Positions 58,261 through 64,000 of a DNA stretch of 64,000 nt are shown here, piece by piece. The notes under the pieces were generated by a model. It did not search any database and had not been told where the DNA came from. It was given only the letters and a program-made list of their open reading frames with translations. Both the position numbers and the translations under genes were made by a program. Positions within the stretch are counted from its first letter, which is position 1; each line of letters starts with the position of its first letter. The DNA is from Selaginella moellendorffii. Its lineage: Eukaryota; Plantae; Lycopodiophyta. The stretch lies in contig NW_003314311.1 of the NCBI RefSeq assembly GCF_000143415.4, positions 1,372,769-1,436,768 of the forward strand. The letters are read 5' to 3'.

Positions 58261-60492
58261 ATGCATCCAATGCCGGCCGCGATTGTGTCGCCTCTTCGCG
58301 TCTACGCGCACAATCCGGAGGCGCCGGTGTGTTCTTCGTCATCTGTGGTAGCGGCGGTGGTGAGCTATGGAAAGATTACGCACAATGCAGGGCTTCTGCG
58401 ATTTGGAATCCGATGCAAGAGGAGGAGGGGAGTTCTTGTGGCCATGGCCTCGGCGGCCGCGGCAGAGCCTTCTTCTCCGGAGGTAATCACGACTCCCAAG
58501 GGATTGCAAGTCCAGGAGACGCAGAACGATGGTAATGCTCGGGTAAGCATCAGTTTCTCCAATATTTCCAGATGGAATTTTTTTTTGTTGTGTAGGTTCG
58601 CTTGAAAGTAAGAGTTCCGGGGAATCTCTGCAAGGAAATTTACGATGAAACCCTGCTGGATTTTAGCAAGAAAGTGAAGGTGAGTGTAATAGTGATACTC
58701 TAGAACCAGCATTTTCAGTAGAGTTTTGTTATGATTGTCAGGTGAAAGGTTTTCGTCCTGGAAAAGTTCCAGAGTGGGTTTTGCTCAGTCAAATTGGGCA
58801 GAAGCGTGTCGAGTCGGAGGCGGTGAAGTTGATCCTGGAGAAAACTCTCCCCGAAGCTATGGCTTCCGTGAGTAGCTTTGCCATTACTTTTCTCCGTAGC
58901 TTACGTGCTGTTTTAAGGTTGCTGGACGAGCACTGAAAGATTCAGAAGAGATTGTCACGAAATTCGATTCGCTGCTGGCAGCCTTCACGCCAACTTCTCC
59001 TCTAAGGTAATGTTTTTGGTCGTCGTTTGCTCTAGAACTCCACCTAAGCGGTTTAAGCGATAGTTATCATGTTGCAGTGGATGTTATACCGGATGTGGAG
59101 TGGACATCAAAGGACGCTTACAAACATATGGTGCTAGAAGTTGAAGGTCGCGACGATATTGGTGTTCAAAATGCTGCCGATGCTGAGCTTGCATCGCGAC
59201 ACAAGGATTTGGGATCCTTGAGAGTTGTAACTGGTAGAGGATTGGAGGTATATCTAGCTTTTTGTTTTCCTTATTCTGACTTGGCTCCTTGTGTAGATGA
59301 ACGATGTCGTTATTATTGATATTTCGGCTGCTCGCATAAACAGTGATGGAACAATTGGCGACAAGATTCTATCATGCACACAGAAAGGTACGCGTTGCTC
59401 TGGTATACTCCGGTTGATTGAAAATACCTCTTCAGGATTTAGTTTGGACACGGAGGAGAGCACTTCTTATATACCAGGGCTTGTTCAAAACATGATGGAC
59501 CAGAAAGGTGGCGAAACTCGCACTTTTGATCTTGTTTTTCCTCCAGACTGGAATCAGGAGCACCTTCGTAACATCAAAGCGCGATTCACTGTAAGTCTTG
59601 CTACTGCTTTAAGTGACATCCTCAGTGCGGTTTTTGGTTAGGTGGAATGCAAAGAAGTCTTCCTGAGGGTAGTACCTGATCTAAATGACGAAATTGCGGA
59701 AAAGCTTGTTGAAGGATGCAAGACATTAGAGCAGGTAGGATGCAATTTTTCGCTTGAGATTTCCTTGGTATCTCTTGTCAATCAGGTGAAGCAAGCTTTG
59801 CTCAAAAAGCATCAGCTCATTGAGGAAAATAACAGAAAGAATGCAGCCAGGGGAGCAGTACTTGAAAAACTTTCCAAGGTCAAGTAACATCTTGATCTTG
59901 CGCTTAATTCCATGTATCTATGTGCAGATAGCAAAGATTCAAGTTCCAAAATCCTTACTAGAGGAGCAGGGCCGACAAATATATGCCGCCAAGCTTATGG
60001 AGTTGCACGTAAGATTGACTAGTGTCCAAGTATTCGATTTTGACATGCCAATCCAGATCAAACAACGGTTTGACAAGAAGCAAATGGAGCCGCTCACTAG
60101 CGAAGAAATGGTGAACAACTTTATTCGTGTCAAGCACGATGAGATATCGGCTACAGTGAGGCAATCCATCGCCGTGGCAGAGGTTTTCAGGCTTGAAAAG
60201 CTTCAGGTTTGTTTCATCGGTACGTTCTTTTACTTTACTGAAGTGCTGTGCGTAACAGTACACGAGGGATGAGCTAGAAGCGGAGGTAAAGTCCGCTATT
60301 GACGAGTTCAAGATCTACAACCAAGAATACGACGAAAAGAAAGTGAGAGAACAGGTACGTTTCACGCCATCGCTCTCAATCAGTTTTAGACAAGAAAATC
60401 TTGTGTTCTAGGCGCAAGAGATGCTTGAGGGTGCCAAAGTCTTGGATTGGCTACTGGAGCAAGCGGACATCAGATACGTAACTACTAAGTAG
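58261..60492 (+). CDS. TIG: Chloroplast trigger factor-like protein, multi-exon
   Basis: Transit-peptide-like N-terminus; VKGFRPGKVP ribosome-binding motif; YHVAVDVIPDVEW; FDLVFPPDW; AQEMLEGAKVLDWL. Stop 60490-60492. Confidence 0.92.
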
Positions 60493-60773
60493 ATAGTGAT
60501 TTGCTTCGTCCGGACAAACGTTTTGGCTTGTAATCGCAGCTTTTTGGAGGGTTTCCATTTTGCTTAACACTGTGTATAATCTATCTAACCGGAGGCGAAT
60601 TTTTCTCAGCTGGCATTGATGAAACGTAGAGGCAGCAGGCAGCTCACACTATTTTTGTGGGTGGTGTGCACGGGACACGGCCCCTGGGATTGCGTGCCTG
60701 TGCTTGACAGACCACTCAGCAAAGTGGCGCAATAAATCCTCCGAGAGGAGGCGGCCGATGACGAGTCGGAGTC

Positions 60774-62764
60774 ATGCCCAGAGCTTGCTTCCTCCTCGCC
60801 ATCGCCTTGTTCTCTGCCGTCTCTACTTCTGCAACGACGAACAATGCGAGTATGTTTCGTTCTCCTCTTCTTTATTTTTATTTTTTTCGCGTGACTCGCT
60901 TTCCCTCTATTGTGACAGCTCGGGTGCGCTCCGTGAGCTTGGGAGGCTGGCTGGTGATTGAGAAATGGATCAAGCCGTCGCTTTTTGATGGAATCGTGGA
61001 GCCGGACCTCTTAGTAATCTAGTTTTTGTTTCCTTGTCCTCTAGTTGTTTTGTGTTGCCTTGTCTTGTCTCGTCCAGGATGGAACTCTTGTTACATTCGA
61101 GTCACTGGTTCTGGGAACTTATGTGACGGCTGCCAATGGAGGTGGCTCGGACGTCACTGCCAACGGCACCTCGGCGTCGGACTGGCAAACATTCAAGGTA
61201 AAGATGGAACTCTCGGTGGTGCTGTCTGACAATACTCCTTTTCTGACAGCTATGGCGTGTTTCCAGTACATTGTTCCAGTTTCGGGTGTCCAAGAACCAG
61301 TTTATCTCAGCACCGGATTCGAGTGTCTCCGCCACCGTGGACTATCCCGGACAGTCTGAAACGTTTGAGATTAGTCGAAACGGTGGCCTGGTGATGCTTC
61401 GAGCCCCCAATGGCATGTACCTCCAGGTAGTGAACTGCGATCGTATGAAAAGCTCAAGCTCAATGTGATCCATTCCACAGGCAAATGAGAACTCTCGACT
61501 GACTGCCGATTACAATGGGACTCTGGGATGGAGCAGTGACAATCCAGCAGTCTTCAATATGACTGTCAATACTGTTCTTGGTGGAGAGTTCCAGCTCGCC
61601 AATGGGTACGACAAAGAAGACGCACAAACCGTGTTCAAGGTTTGTGAGTCGAGGCTTTGTGATTGGAGCTTCTGAAGTCTTGGTGTCTTAGAAACACCGA
61701 GAGAGCTTCATCACTCAAGACGACTTCAAGTTCTTGGCTGCAAACGCAATCAACAACGTTAGAATTCCGATTGGCTGGTGGATTGCATACGACCCAGAGC
61801 CTCCATTCCCATTCGTTTCCGGCTCGCTCGAGGCACTGGACAACGCGTTCACCTGGGCAGAGTACGTACGCGATCTCTAAATTGCTTAAAGTTGATACGT
61901 CTTTCGTCCAGGAACACCGGCATCAGCGTCCTAGTGGATCTCCACGCGGCCCCGGGATCTCAAAGCCAGTGGCAACACTGTGGAACTCGGGACGGCGTTT
62001 CAGAGTGGGCCAAAGCCAACACCAGCTACATCTCCGATACACTTTCAGTCATTGAATTTCTGACCTCCAGGTATGCATGCGAGTCCCTCGCTCTCTTCTT
62101 TCATTCACTTTTTGCCTTTCTCTCCGTGTTCTTCAACCTTGTAGATACGCAAGCCATTCCGCATTTTTTGGCATCGAGCTTCTCAACGAGCCAACTCAGC
62201 AGCACGTACCACTCGACGTCCTCCGCAATTACTACGTTGCGGGCTACAGCAGGGTGAGAAAATACAGCTCAAGCTGCTTCGTGATCATCTGCCAGCTGAT
62301 CGGCACAAACCCGAGCATACTGGTGGATTTCATGACACCCAGCGATGGCTACACCAACGTCGCCTTGGACGTCCACTGGTACAACCTCTTCGAGAACAGA
62401 TTCGTGAACACTTCGGCGCAGTGGAACATCGACTATATCCTCAACCAGAGGAACTCCGATCTCCAAAAGCTCAACAACGCAAACGGGCCTCTCATACTCG
62501 TTGGTAAGCTCTTGGAGTTCGTCAGTGATTCATGGATCGATCTAAAACCATTGCCTTGCAGGGGAATGGACCACCGAGTGGGATGTGCAAGGAGCCACCA
62601 TGTCGGACTACCGAAACTTTGGAGTGGCACAGCTCAAAGTGTTTGGAAACGCATCGCTGGGGTGGTCTTACTGGGGACTCAAGAGCAAGGATCTACACTG
62701 GGACTTCGAAAGAACCGTGGAAAAGGGACTGCTCACACGCCAGAGCAACGGACAGTGGCCTTGA
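60774..62764 (+). CDS. Secreted GH5 glucan 1,3-beta-glucosidase with fascin-like insert, multi-exon
   Basis: Signal peptide; VSLGGWLVIEKWIKPSLFDGI; VRIPIGWW; VDLHAAPGSQ; IELLNEP (acid/base); LDVHWY; LVGEW (nucleophile). Confidence 0.93.
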
Positions 62765-63014
62765 AAAAGAACAAACAGGGCCAGTGACAACTCTCAAGAA
62801 TAGGATCTAACAAAAGTTCCGGGAAAACAAATGATTTTTTCTTGAAGCAAGGACTATAGTTTATAGACAAAAGTATTTTTATATCCAGTTAGATTGCTTA
62901 GTATGGCTCGGCATATCTAACTTGAACACTTGGTGCGAATGGCACTAAAGACATGGTGAATGAGATAGGGACACCCAGTTTCAGTTGTTATAGACCCTTA
63001 GCTAGAAGGGTTGT

Positions 63015-64000
63015 TTTGGGTGCATCACCAAGTGTGGGGGATGCCCTCGGGGTCATGGTGAACAATTTAAAGGTCTGGAAGACTTAGTACCTATTGACAA
63101 ACCTATTAAAGTGCCAAGTTGTGATCACTAGGTGATCTTATGACTAAAAACAACTTGTGAGGTTAAAGGATAAAGTCTTTAGTTCAAAGTGTAGGTTTGA
63201 ACTATTGATGATGGTGTGGCTTAGTCAAGGTGATCAAGTGGGAAGAACACCTAAGGGAAATTATTTGTGACTATGTGTTGGCATAATGAGTCTGAATAAA
63301 GTAGTCTCTATAAAAGACCTATAAGAGGGTCACAAAGTTGGGCCAAGGATAGAGCCTACAGTAGAAAATCTTAAAGAGACGTACTAGGGGTGAACACCCT
63401 TTGGACTTGGCAAGGCAAAGTCCTTGCTATGGGACCAAAAGGATACCTCAAGAATGGAGGTAGTGATCCGATGTTGTTGGGTGCAACAATCAAGGATAGG
63501 AGCAAAAGACTAGCAGTTAAAAAAAGAGCCATGGGAATCATGGGAAAGAATCCAAAACGCAAAGCACCGTCAAGTGTGGGGGATGCCCTTAAGGTTATAG
63601 TCAACAATTTAAAAGGGTCTGGAAGACTTAGTTTCTATTGGTAGACCTGTTAAGGGGTCAAGATGAGATCACTAGGTGATCTTATGGCTAAACAAGGACA
63701 AGATCTTTGTTTGGGTTAAGGAATATGATTTGTAGTTCAAAGTGTTGATTTGAACTATTGATAATGGTGTGACTTGGTCAAGGTGACCAAGTGGGAAGGA
63801 CACCTAAAGAGAAATCAGTTGTGCCAATATGATGGTATAGTAAGTTCAAGAAAGTAATCTTTAAGAGAAACCCATGGGAGGGTCACAAAGTTGGGCTATA
63901 GACGGAGCCCATAGCAGAAAATGCTAAAGAGACCTACTAGGGGTGAGCACCCTCTAGACTTAGCAAAGTAAAGCCTTTGCCATGGAACCAAAAGGATACT
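63015..64000. repeat. Tandem repeat, period ~540 bp, continues beyond window
   Basis: CAAGTGTGGGGGATGCCCT at ~63029 and ~63571. GATCACTAGGTGATCTTATG at ~63123 and ~63667. Confidence 0.88.

Overview
Eukaryotic plant nuclear DNA. The 50-60 bp GT-AG introns, GC-rich exons and intronless PLS-type PPR gene suggest a lycophyte such as Selaginella (inference). Host genes: PPR, SCL28/DLT-like GRAS, dual-specificity phosphatase, AT-rich secreted bulb-lectin ORF, MSI4/FVE-like WD40, DUF1191, plastid trigger factor and a GH5 glucanase. These sit among decayed TEs (LINE tail, hAT, four copies of one LTR, gypsy remnant), a GH95 pseudogene and a U6 retrocopy with TSDs. The main result is the 24-46.6 kb block, which holds two unrelated DNA transposons. 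Element A is a MULE/SWIM element. Element B is a 13.8-kb Sola-like element with 24-bp TIRs. Each carries, divergent from its transposase, an intron-containing gene for a ParB/Srx-like domain fused to a beta-class N6/N4 DNA-methyltransferase-like domain; in B this is further fused to a NIF/HAD phosphatase-like domain. Element B alone carries about 25 copies of a 22-bp palindrome (ATGGCRTGWGGCCWCAYGCCAT), mostly in introns and spacers, like a parS array. All domain calls are by-eye motif recognition and need HMM or structure confirmation.
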